Origin: Chiloscyllium plagiosum
Lineage: Eukaryota
Reading direction: 5' to 3'
Assembly (NCBI RefSeq): GCF_004010195.1
Contig: NC_057752.1
Location: 9,596,377-9,630,154, forward strand
DNA length: 33,778 nucleotides
Position numbers and translations under genes: made by a program
In this document: positions 21,578 through 31,872 of the stretch, one piece after another
Numbering within the stretch: position 1 is the stretch's first letter
Layout: each line of letters begins with the position of its first letter
The notes under the pieces: model-generated
Database searches by the model: none
Told to the model about the DNA's origin: nothing
The model's input: only the letters and a program-made list of their open reading frames with translations

Positions 21578-22398
21578 ACTGCAGAATTGGGCTGAGAGGT
21601 GGCAAATGGAGTTCAATGCAGCTAAATGTGAGGTGATGCACTTTGGGAAGAATAACAGGAAGGCAGAGTACTGGGCCAGTGGAAAGATCCTTGGGAGTGT
21701 GGATGTGCAGAGGGATCTTGGAGTCCATGTGCATAGGTTCCTGAAAGTTGCCACCCAGGTGGATAGTGCTGTTAAGAAGGCACACGGTGTGTTAGGTTTC
21801 ATTCGTAGAGGGATTGAGTTCCAGAGCCGTAATGTCATGCTGCAACTGTACAAAACGCTAGTGCGGCCGCACTTGGAATATTGTGTACAATTCTGGTCGC
21901 CCCATTACAGGAAGGATGTGGAAGCATTGGAAAAGCTGCAGAGGAGATTTACCAGGATGTTGCCTGGTCTGGAGGGTAGGTCTTATGAGGAAAGGCTGAG
22001 AGACTTGGGTCTGTTCTCATTGGAAAGAAGAAGGCTAAGAGGGATTTTGATAGAGACATACAAGATGATCAGAGGATTAGATAGGGTAGACAGTGAAAGT
22101 CTTTTTTGTAGGATGATGATGTCAGCTTGTACAAGGGGGCAAAACTACAAATTGAGGGGTGATAGATTTAAGACAGATGTCAGAGGCAGGTTCTTTATTC
22201 AGAGAGTGGTAAGGGCGTGGAATGCCTTACCTGCCAATGTAGTCAACTCAGCCACATGAGGGAGATTTAAACAATCCTTAGATAAGCAAATGGATGATGA
22301 TGGGACAGTGTAGGGGGACAAGCTGAGAATAGTTCACAGATCGGTGCAACATCGAGGGCCAAAGGGCCTATTTAGCACTGTATTGTTCTATGTTCTAT
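21578..22398 (+). mobile_element. CR1 LINE 3' fragment, relatively young, with a 217-aa open RT C-terminal frame
   Basis: ORF 21606-22259 reads MEFNAAKCEVMHFG..RDLGV..YKTLVRPHLEYCVQFWSPH..RVVRAWNALP. The tail is TATTGTTCTATGTTCTAT. Confidence 0.95.
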
Positions 22399-22414
22399 AT
22401 TGTTGTGTGTTGTG

Positions 22415-22635
22415 TTGCCATAGTTTTACCAGACCATAGAGGCTGCTCTTCCATTAGAGAGAGAAGCAACTGATGGTGATTTAACCTGAGGGCCACCAGT
22501 CCTCAGGTGAGGGAAGAGATTGAGAAGGAGAGTCCTTCATGGTAACCACAAACCAGTGATAGGAATTGAACCCATGCTGTTGGCATCACACTGCTCTTCA
22601 AACAAACCCTCCAGTCAACTGAGCTCAACTGATCC
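22415..22635 (-). mobile_element. tRNA-derived SINE (distinct from HE1 and DeuSINE)
   Basis: Minus strand has the A-box-like AGCTCAGTTGACTGG and B box GGGTTCAATTCC, then a ~150 bp body ending TGGTCTGGTAAAACTATGGC. Confidence 0.6.
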
Positions 22636-23254
22636 CACCCTTATATTAGACACCATAAAAATGTAGGTCTGTCTTTTAAAATGGAAAGCTACAGTAATTT
22701 TACAAGACCTAGCTCCCAGCCTGCAGCTTTGTCTGTGACAAGCCTAAGTGCTGATGACAGAATTGGCCCTATAGTGTTATTAGCCTCAGAATTAGCTTAA
22801 TAGCAGCATAATTCCCTTCTTAATTCCTGCTTACAAAAGTCAATTCAATGAAACCACAATGTATTTTAGTTAATGATGACGAGTGATTGGAAGTGAGTAA
22901 AAGGCCATAATGTAATGTCACATGTTTTCCACAAAGCAATCAATAATTGTTCAGAATAAGAATACTGTTCACAATAACTGGTTTAGGCACCAGTTAAACA
23001 CTGATGTTAATTTACTGCATAACTATTCTGCACACACAATTAGATGAACAGAGTGGATTGAGCTGAAGAATGAGGGTGTTGAAGTGTGGGGAAGCTGGTA
23101 ATATGGAGGTTTGCAAGAATGGATTTATACACAAACTAAATTTATCACCAATAGACTGGAAAATTGTGGAAATATGCAACATATAATATCTTGGGGTCAC
23201 CTGTAGGAGACACATTTGCTCATAAAATGCTGAGTTTTTAATCCAAATTTGCTA

Positions 23255-24092
23255 ATGTGCCAAAATTGGTCAGAGGGAATGTTGTGATGAGGACATAAAG
23301 AACCTGCATGGGGATAAACAGGATGAGTGACTGGCAGGTGGAGTCTAATATAGGAAAGTGAGAGGTTATGCATTTTGGTAGAATTAATCAAAAGGCAGAC
23401 TATCATTTAAATGGAGAGAGACTCCAAAAAAAAAGTGCAGCGGAGAGCGATCTGGGTATTCTTGTGCATGAAACACAAAACATTAGCATGCAGGTGCAGC
23501 AAGTCATTAAGACGGCAAATGAAATTTCGATTTTTATTGTCGGGGGTTGAATTTTAAAACTAGTTACAATTGTACAAGCGTTGGTGAGAATGGACCTGGA
23601 GTACTGTGTACAATTTTGGTCCCTGTATTTAAGAAACAATGTACTGGCATTGGAGGCAGTTCAAAAGAGTTTCACTCAGTTGATTCCTGGGATGAAGGGT
23701 TGACTTATCAGGTGAGGTCTTTATTCATTCGAGTGTAGAAGAATGAGGGGTGATCTTATTGAAATATACAAGATTCTGAGAGGACTTGATCAGGTAAATA
23801 TTGAAAGGTGTTTCCACTGGTGGGGTCACAGTTACAGAATAAAGGGGCATTCATTTTTTTAAAAAAGTGAAGAAATTACTTCTTGCTGACGGTAGTGAAT
23901 GTCTAGAATCCTCTACCCCAGAGAGTTGTGAAGACTAAATATTTAAAGAAAGGTAGATAGATTTTTGAAATGTTGAGAGCCGGCATGAAAGAGAAGTTGA
24001 GACCTGGGGCAGATCAGCCACAATCTTGTTAAATATTGAGACAGCCTTGAGGGGCTGAATGGCCTGATTCTGCTCCTATTTCTTAAGTTATT
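23255..24092 (+). mobile_element. Older CR1 LINE 3' fragment
   Basis: Decayed MHFGR..Y.LNGERLQ..DLGILVHETQ, LEYCVQFWS and DLIEIYKILRGLD segments. Tail GGGGCTGAATGGCCT..TCTGCTCCTATTTCTT. Confidence 0.88.
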
Positions 24093-24383
24093 ATGCAGCA
24101 TTTTCCAAGGTGGCCAATATTCGCCTTTTAGTTTTTTTTTGGTAGCTGATTTCAAAGATCAGTGTTAGAACAGGATCTTCAGAAATGGTGCTCCACATAA
24201 GCACCATTCCTTACTGGGAGCACTTGGTATGGGATTGAGTCTTTGAGGTTATTTAACAGCAATGTAACTTTGTGGCCTTAAAAGATTATAGCAAAATAGT
24301 CAACCCTTATGGCACTCTGTAACAATCTTAGTTCGCTTCCCCAACAAGACAAAGTGACATTTGACTTGGAGTGAGCATCTCAC

Positions 24384-24600
24384 CTTCTGGAATAGGTTTC
24401 AATTGCCGCTGACTCATCTCTTTCTGCAATTTTGATGGTCGTCCACGACGCCTAGGTGTCGGTGGCAAAAAGCATACACTCTGAGGAGCACTATCGCAAC
24501 GACGAGACTTGACCTTTGGTTTGGTCGCAGTGGAGCCAACTTCGACAGAAGTGCGGATCGGGGTCTCGCAAGGAGCAGCGGGGTCCATCAAGTCTGCAGA
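24384..24600 (-). CDS. BAZ2A: BAZ2A exon containing an AT-hook (RRRGRP)
   Basis: Translates SADLMDPAAPCETPI...PPTPRRRGRPSKLQKEMSQRQLKPIPE(E). Donor GTGAG, phase 1, joins MQKGWW. The acceptor at 24602-24601 is the only nearby AG giving the required phase 0. Confidence 0.88.
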
Positions 24601-24804
24601 CTGCCCATCAAATGGAACATCCAGGTGCAGCATCAGAGAAAGCAGAAGAGAATGAAGAGAGAGTGGTGAGCAGAGTCATGTACTGCTAAAAACCTAGGCT
24701 GCACCAGCACACAGGCCCCAAGAGGAGAGTTCATCAGAACACTTTAGATTTCATTTGAGAAACATTTAGAAACATAAAGCTTCCTCACATGGCAGTGTTG
24801 AGTT

Positions 24805-24906
24805 TTTTAAAATTCATTTGTAGGATGTGACTGGCCAGCATTTATTGCCCGTCCCTAGTTGCCCTTGAGAAGGTGGTGGTGAGCTGCTTTCTTGAACCGC
24901 TGCAGT
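24805..24906 (-). mobile_element. Short 3' fragment of the LINE also present at 26590-27600
   Basis: GGCCAGCATTTATTGCCCGTCCCTAGTTGCCCTTGAGAAGGTGGTGGTGAGCTGC matches the more diverged 26620-26680. Confidence 0.7.
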
Positions 24907-25802
24907 TCAGAGTGAAGGCACTATTGACACAAACTGGAGGGGCCCCTATGTTTGGTTTCCATTCTGAATTGAATTTCAGACATTTGAGGTCTTAATACTC
25001 TGCGCTGGGGAACCAAGAGATAACAGTCAGGGCAGTAACTCTTCACAGAAGCAACTGGTATGGTTCACAAAAGTAGCATTCGTTGGGAAACCAAAGATTG
25101 CTGGGCCTGACCAATAAAAACTGATTGTGGGCAAGATTGACCTTTTGGGGGAGAGAAGTACAAGACATTCCATGACTGTGAGTACAGCTATGTTGGGGTA
25201 AGGCTTGAGGACACATTGGCCAGACTGACATCTCAGGAATGGACACCTGGGTGCAGTAGTGGAGATCAGCGTGAGGAACCACCTGGCTGTGGTGTCGAGG
25301 ACAGCTCCTTCGACAGTGAGCCCACAATTTGCCAATCCCATTTTCAAGGTACTGATCATTTACCATGCTTTGGAAATCAGGCTTTTACTTCCTCAACACC
25401 CTTTTCTTGTTAATGTTCTCCCCTTCTTCTGCTGGAGGTGTTGCTGCATTCCTGCTCCACAGTTCCCTTCTCTACCTTCCTCATGGGCCAATGCCTCATT
25501 TGTGACTTTGTATATTAAAGTGTCAGCAATGCTGACAGCCTTGTAGCTACTAAGTCAGCTCATCGCATAATGGAGTAAATCGCTGTATCATTCTAAGATT
25601 TTATGATTGCCTGACATCACTCACTCCTTCCAGCAGAGGTTGCTAGATAGTCACTAGGAGTTACCTACACCTGCTGTTGAGACCAGTTCTCAACTTTCTT
25701 GGGATCTATTGCTCTGTATTCATTGCTTTAACCAGCTGGACCACTTGGAGAGGAATCAGTCTCACTAACAGAACAAAATTCCAAATGGCAGTGGTTGTTA
25801 CT

Positions 25803-26130
25803 GGGCAATATAGTGGCTCAGTGTTTAGCACTGCTGCCTCACAGTGCCAGGGGCCTAGGTCCAATTCCAGCCTCAGGTCACTGTCTGTGTAGAGTTTGCA
25901 CATTCTCCCCATGTCTGCATCAATTTCCTCCCACAGTCCAAAGACGTGCAGATTGGCCATGCTAAATTATCCATAATATGCAGGCTAGGTGGATTAGTAA
26001 CGGGAAATGTGGAGTTTGGAGTTTGGGGGTGGGGGGGGAAAGTGTTGGTTCCATATGGGCTGTTCCTCGTGAGCGGATCAGTGTGGACTCGATGGGCCGA
26101 ATAGCCTGTTTCCACTGTAGTGATTCTATG
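25803..26130 (+). mobile_element. HE1-type V-SINE, diverged
   Basis: Head GTGGCTCAGTGTTTAGCACTGCTGCCTCACAG, partial V-domain, tail GGGCCGAATAGCCTGTTTCC. Confidence 0.88.
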
Positions 26131-26240
26131 TCTTCAGGAGGATGTGCAACTGCCCTACGATCATACCGAAACTTAAACACGGCTGTTAACGTTTCCTTAT
26201 CAAAACACAGATTGGACCTCAAGAGGTATACTGTATCTAA

Positions 26241-26390
26241 TGTTCTGATAAAAAGTCACTAGACTCAAAATGTTCACTCTGTTTTCTCCCCACAGATGCT
26301 GCAAGACCTGCTGGATTTCTCCTCTGTTTTTATTGGGTAAATGCTCGGGTTTCTTGTTTTAATTCAGGTAAAAGGTGCTAGTCTTGGGTT
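26241..26390 (+). mobile_element. Degenerate short PLE-terminus element with decayed hammerhead motif
   Basis: Reads GTT CTGATAA AAAGTCACTAGACTC AAAA TGTT, then CAGATGCTGCAAGACCTGCTGGATTTCTCC. A possible TSD TATCTAA lies at 26234-26240 and 26392-26398. Confidence 0.6.
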
Positions 26391-26461
26391 ATATCTAACA
26401 CTTCACATTTTTTGTCTTCAGTGTCAGACACATGCCAAGATCAGGTATGAATCTCAGCTAT

Positions 26462-26582
26462 ATAAGACCATAAGAAAAAGGAGGAGGATTGGACCATTTG
26501 AGTTTGTTCGAACATTCAACACAATCATGGCTGATCTTTGGCCTCAACTTCTCTTTCCTGTCCACTCCCCATGTCCCTTGAA
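26462..26582 (-). mobile_element. CR1 3' tail fragment
   Basis: ATAAGACCATAAGA..GGACCATT..ATCATGGCTGATCT..CCTCAACT is the reverse complement of the tail type seen at 23990-24090. Confidence 0.7.
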
Positions 26583-26589
26583 TTTTCAT

Positions 26590-26923
26590 GTACTCATTCA
26601 CAGAATGTGGGTGTCGGTAGCTAGGCCAGACTTTATTACTCATTCCTAATATTCCTGAAGAAGGTGGCAATGTGCTGCCTACATCAACTGTTGCAATCCA
26701 TGTGGCGTAGGTACACCCACAGGGATTTTGACCCAGAAACAGTGACAAAACGGCAATATGGCTCCAAGTCATATAATTCCCCTCCCACCCAGTTATACAC
26801 TCTTTCACCCTCTTCTGTTGGGTAGGGGATGTATAAGTTTGAATACACATGTGAATAGATTCAAGAACAGCTTCATTGCTGCTATTATCAAAGTTCTGAA
26901 TGGACCTCTCAAATGTTAATTCT

Positions 26924-26959
<36 letters not shown>

Positions 26960-27600
26960 AACGTAACACTGTGTTCTGCTACTCTAATGCACTTTGTATG
27001 GTACGATCTGCCTGTATAGCCTGCAAAACACCACTTTTCACTGTATCGCGGTACATGTGACAACAATAAATCAATCAAGTCAGGATGGTATGTGGATGAG
27101 AGGGGAACTTGCAGGTGGTGGTGCTTCCTTGTATCTGCTGCCCTAGTCTTTCTAGGTGATAGAGGTTGCAAGTTGGGAAGGTGCTTTTGAAGGAGCCTTG
27201 GTGGTTACTACCATAATCTCGTGCTGCTGCCACTGTGCGTCAGCGGTGGAAGGAGTGACTGCTTCGGGTGTGAAAGGAGTACCAATCTAGTGGCCTGTTT
27301 TGCCCTGGATGGAACTGAGCTACATGAGTGTTGTTGGAACCACGCCCATCCAAGTAAGTGAAGAGTATTCCATCCTGACTAGTACCTGGACAGGCACCAG
27401 GGAGTCAAGAGATGAATTTACTCGCTGCAGGATTCCTCGCCTCTGATTTGCTCTCATAGCCACAATATTTATATGGTGAGTGCAGCTCAGTTGCTGGTGA
27501 ATGGTAGCCCTCCCTCAGGCTGTTGATAATGAGGATTCAGTGGTGGTAACACCATTGAATGTTAAGGGGAAATGTTTAGATTATTTTGTGTTGGAGGTTG
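26590..27600 (-). mobile_element. Non-LTR retrotransposon (CR1/L2 group) 3' fragment, interrupted by Rex1
   Basis: The sequence is continuous across the duplicated CAAGTCA and shares its terminal segment with 24805-24906. Decayed ORF2 relics are on minus. Confidence 0.65.
26772..27075 (+). mobile_element. Rex1/Babar-clade LINE 3' fragment with internal (CT)n
   Basis: Translates SHP.YTLFHPL..GR..SLNTHVNRFKNSFIAAIIKVLN, typical of the Rex1 C-terminus. It ends AATAAATCAAT. TSD CAAGTCA at 26765-26771 and 27076-27082. (CT)n at ~26926-26956. Confidence 0.8.
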
Positions 27601-27629
27601 TTTATTTACCCATATTATGCTTCTGTCTA

Positions 27630-27900
27630 TTAACCAATCCTCTATCCATGTTAATATATTATCCTGTAAACCTAATGAGCACATAGTTTGCATATTAACG
27701 TCTGATATGGCAACTTGTCAAAAGCCTTTTGGAAACCAAGTATACAACATTTGTTGGTTTCCCTTTATCTACACTCCCCCTACTAGTTACATCTTCAAAG
27801 AAACTCCAATTTTATCAGACATAATTTCTCTTGTATAAAAGCATACTGACTTTGTTTGAACATACTCTGGCTTTCTAAGTATATTGTTAAGGGTTCTTTA
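27630..27900 (-). mobile_element. Old CR1 RT fragment
   Basis: Minus strand GTTGTATACTTGG.TTTCCAAAAGGCTTTTGACAAG corresponds to the CR1 RT motif VVYLDFQKAFDK. Confidence 0.65.
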
Positions 27901-28242
27901 ATGTTCGAATAAAGCTACCTTTAGCTTTTTGACTCTGTCCAAAAAAATGTGCCATATTTCAAGAAAGATCCAGTATTGAACATTTTCCATTGCCTGCATG
28001 AGTCATCGTTCAGGCTTTTCTGAGTGAGGTTGATCATTAAATAATGTTTGAGTAATTATGTAAAGCCCACTAGGAGCTGGACTGAGACAACCCAAATGCA
28101 GTTAATGCCCTGGCAGTTATCAGTCCAGCCAAGATTCAGAGGTGAAAAGCTACCACTGACTCAGTCAATGTTTAAAAAAAAACCTCACTTCCATTCATAT
28201 CCTTCCTTCTCCCTCCACCATTCAAAACAGCAAACCAAATAC

Positions 28243-28859
28243 CTGTGATGATGTAAACTCAGGAGATGTAAGTGGCTTTAGTCCATCTTGGTTCAGCTGA
28301 CTTGTATCAGAATCCAGTCTCTGGGATTGATTCTGTTGTGAAGAAAATGGCAGATGGGTAATCGACGAGGAATCGCAGGGTGTTCTAGGTAAAAGGCTGA
28401 ACCACTGTCCGTGTTTCTCAGCACACTCTTTGACACTTTGCTCTGAGTTTGGGATGCTAAGATCAAACAGCTTCCGATTGCTGGCCAGCAGCACTTCTGG
28501 GGAGATAGTACTCGGGTTATCTTTGTTAGAGCTGCAGTGAGGTGTAGGAAGGGAAAGGTTTGACACAGAGTTCTGTAGGATGCTCAGCCAGGCTAAAAAA
28601 ACACCCGACTGGTCAATGTTTTGAGGAGTCTGACTGGTGGAATGGGAGTCTTGTATAGCATCACTGGAATGTTTGGCATATGCAGCATCTTGCAACTTTG
28701 GATTCTCTGGGTTGACCAGTTCGGCGTCACATATTCCCTGCTGGTTATCTGATGGCTGACCCAGAGTGGTTGGATTCTTGTCAGCTACCTCGCCTGCCTC
28801 CACTTTAATTGGGGCATTCTCCAAAAGCTTGCTCTTTTCTGCTTCCAACTCTTCAGTAC
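28243..28859 (-). CDS. BAZ2A: BAZ2A large, low-conservation exon
   Basis: Open 617-nt exon, acceptor ttcctttccatcAG, donor GTATTT, phase 1-0. It contains the BAZ2 motif GQWFSLLPRTPCD.SS and the FLAWL segment. Confidence 0.93.
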
Positions 28860-29094
28860 CTGATGGAAAGGAAGGTCAAGACTAAAATATGACATCTCCT
28901 CAACAAAAATACATTATGTAGATCACAATGCTGGCTATGCCCAATAAGTGTAGAGTTCAAACCCCAAATTTCCTCCCTCCCAAGCCTGCTGTTTATTCCT
29001 GTTCATTACACTTGTTTTCCTTTCTCTTTTAAAAGCAGTAATTCATGCCAGGGAACATTACGATGGGCAGAGTTTTTGGAAAGTATGTGTATGG

Positions 29095-29290
29095 AGAGTG
29101 CCAGAGGAAGTGGTGGAGGCTGGTACAATTGTAACATTTAAAAGGCATTTGGATGGGTATATGAATAGGAAGGGTTTGGAGGGACGTGGGCCAGGTGCTG
29201 GCAGGTGGGACTAGATTGGGTTGGGATATCTGGTCGGCATGGACGTGTTGGACCGAGGGGTCTGTTTCCATGCTGTACATCTCTATGATT
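29095..29290 (+). mobile_element. CR1 (HER1-like) short 3' fragment
   Basis: PEEVVEAGTIVTFKRHLDGYMNRKGLEG plus the canonical tail. Confidence 0.9.
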
Positions 29291-29500
29291 CATTCGGATG
29301 CCTCTCAGGCCACCGCTTACTATGCCTAGACCTGGCATGGCTTTGACAGGTTGAATGGCCCACTTCTGTGCCGTTAATTACTTTGTCATACAAGGTGAGG
29401 GGGCAGTGGGGTAAGGTATCAGAGGCCTGCTGGGACATCTGGAACCTTCGCCCAGTGCCTTTCGTTCAGGGGCTGAGTAGGGCAGAAGAAAGGAGAGAAT

Positions 29501-29996
29501 AGGTTAGGAGAATTGGCCATGCTAAATTGCTCATTGTGTAGGTTATTAGTCAGGGGTAAACATAGGGGAATGGGTCTGAATGGGTTACTCTTCGGAGAAT
29601 TGGTGTGGACTTCTTGGGCCAAAGGGCCTATTTCTACGCTGTCAGGATTCTAATTCTAATTCTAATTCTAATTCTTAGCTTTAGGGGCGGCACAGTGGCT
29701 AGCACTGCTGCCTCACAGCACCAGGGACCTGGATTCGATTCCAGCCTTCGGCGACCGTCTGTGTGGAGTTTTCACATTCTCCCTGTGCCAGCGTGGATTT
29801 CCTCCGGGTGCTCCGGTTTCCTCCCACAGTCCAAAATGTGCAGGTCAGGTGAATTGGCTGTGCTAAATTGCCCATAGTGTTAGGTGTATTAGTCAGAGGG
29901 AAATGGGTCTGGGTGGGTTACTCTTCGGAGGGTCGGTGTGGACTTGTTGGGCCAAAGGGCCTGTTTCAACACTGTTGGGAATCTAGTCTAAACTAA
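29501..29996 (+). mobile_element. Tandem HE1 V-SINEs: a 5'-truncated copy (29501-29676, (ATTCTA)n tail) followed by a full copy (29684-29996)
   Basis: The 3' halves GGGTTACTCTTCGGAG..GGTGTGGACTT.TTGGGCCAAAGGGCCT are duplicated. The second copy has the tRNA head and V-domain. Confidence 0.9.
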
Positions 29997-30109
29997 ATAT
30001 TAGGCAATAAATTATCAAATCATCAATTTTGGCAGAAAAATTACAGCATCAAATTCCCTGAAATGGAAACAGTATTTTACCACAGAACAGTTGGCATTGT
30101 CAGTCTTAC

Positions 30110-30254
30110 CTAGCGAACCCTCAGAGCCTTCCACAAACACCCCACAGAGGTGGGGAAAAACCCAGTAGCGTCGCCTGAAACGGTCCTGCCCCAATAACAA
30201 GGCACGTAGTGTCTGGGAGACTTGAAGCAGCTTCCGTGCAAAAAAACTTTGTCG
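30110..30254 (-). CDS. BAZ2A: BAZ2A exon: WHIM2/WSD motif (most 5' exon visible; the gene continues beyond the window)
   Basis: Translates RQSFFARKLLQVSQTLRALLLGQDRFRRRYWVFPHLCGVFVEGSEGSL(G). The GQDR.RRRYW motif has BAZ2A-like flanks. AG/GTAAG sites. Confidence 0.96.
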
Positions 30255-30959
30255 CTATGGATACAAGCAATCACGACATTGATTACCAAACAACAATGAC
30301 AGACACTTCTGCTGTGCTCTGGTATAAAGGAAACCAGCTCTGATCACTTTACAGGGAGAAGATGATGGACAATAAGCAAAGGAGATAAAAATCAACGTGT
30401 TTGTGTGTGGTGTATTTGTGCATCTATTTATGTGTTCATGTACAAGTGCTGAGAGGGTTTTTAAGGCTCTTGATAATGGCATATGGAATTAAGAGGAATT
30501 AGTTGCATGGATACCAAGATAGTCAGAGGCCAGAAAGCAAATTGTCAGGATAAAGGAGACTGCATCAGAAGTGATGAGCCGTGTCACGCAAGGTTTTATG
30601 TTAAGCCTGCTCTTATTCACTGTTTACATAAATCAGTGAGATTGAGAATTGAAGAAAACAAGGTCAAAATTTGCTAATAAAATCAAATTGACTTAGCAAA
30701 CTGTGATGATGCCGGTTATATATTGTTTTTCGAACTTGTTTATCGAGAAGATGTGGTGTATATTCAATAGGTCGTTGCCAATGATGGAGAAGTTACAATT
30801 GCAAGGAAAGACTCAAGAAGAAAGGGTTCTTTTTGTAAAGTAGCAGCTCATTGGAAGTTGAAAGATAACCCAATAATAAGGAGTTGGAGTAGGCCATTCA
30901 GTTCTTCAAGCCTGCTCTACCAATCAGTGTGGCCGATCCAATTACAGCCTTAGTCATGG

Positions 30960-31650
30960 TCCTCATGCATGAATTGTAAAAGGTTAGTTACGCAGGCACA
31001 GCAAGTAATTCGGACAGCTAAGGGATTCTATAATAATGTAAGTATCATTGATCACGAGGGGAACCGAATACAAACATCGAGAAGACGGGGCATTGGTGGG
31101 ACTGCATTTGGAGTGCCATGCACAGTACTGGTCTCCTTATTTAAGGACGGATGTAAATGCTTTGGGAAGCAGCTCAGAGAAGGTTTATGAGACTAATACC
31201 TGGAATGGAGCAGGCAGTGTTATTGTATAAGGAAAGGTTAGACAGCATAGGGCTTGCATCTGCTGGAGTTTAGAAAAGCAAGAGGTGACTTGATTGAAAA
31301 ATGAAAGGTGTTGAGGGATATTGACAAGAGGGGTTTGGAGATGATGTTTCCTCTGGTGGGAGAATCTAGAACTAGGGGGTCATGGTTTAAAGTTCAAGGG
31401 TCGACCAATTAAAACAGAGTTGAGGCAAAACATTCAGTGCGTTGAGTCCTTAGAGGTTTCTTCCTGAAAAGGTGGTGGAAACTGAATTTTTGACTATCTT
31501 TAAGGCAGACATACATAGATTCTGGTTAAACAAGGGGTTGAAAGGTTATCAGGGGAGGTGGGAATGCAGATTTGAGGCAATAATCAGATCAGCTCTGATC
31601 TTAGTGAATAGCAGAGTAGGCCCGAGCAGCTGAATGGCCTTCTAATTCAT
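30960..31650 (+). mobile_element. Diverged CR1 LINE 3' fragment (further CR1 debris at ~30450-30950 and ~31720-31860)
   Basis: Relics ALVG.HLEC.AQYWSPYLR.DVNAL, RGDLIE and FPLVGESRTRG, plus tail GCTGAATGGCCTTCT. Confidence 0.8.
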
Positions 31651-31872
31651 ATGGTCATGCTCATGTCACTCCCACTTTCCAGGTGCACTCCCCACGCCAC
31701 CACCACTATCACCTAACCCTGGACTCCAGTGTTATTTAAAATTTGGTCTGACTCAGCCACAAATATGTTCAATGACCCAGCCTCCATTGTTCTCTTGGGT
31801 AGAGAAATCCAAACAACAACAACCCTCCTTAAGTAAGGAGACCAAATTGTATGCAATAAAAGACTTCAAAAT

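Noticed and set aside
21606..22259. 217-aa ORF as a host or domesticated gene
   Set aside because: It is a plain CR1 ORF2 C-terminal fragment, 5'-truncated, with a premature stop and a LINE tail.
22860..23010. ATGATGA...CTGA on plus within a TAAT-rich unique stretch (snoRNA or conserved enhancer?)
   Set aside because: Antisense to the host gene, too long, and without a convincing stem. Enhancer status cannot be judged without alignments.
25027..25400. Overlapping ~110-aa minus-strand ORFs as an extra BAZ2A exon or a Tx1 relic
   Set aside because: The flanking exons already join in phase, there is no BAZ2 similarity or good splice pair, and the resemblance to Tx1 ORF2 is too faint to call.
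29647..29676. (ATTCTA)n short tandem array
   Set aside because: A SINE 3' tail microsatellite with no spacers, so not CRISPR-like or telomeric.
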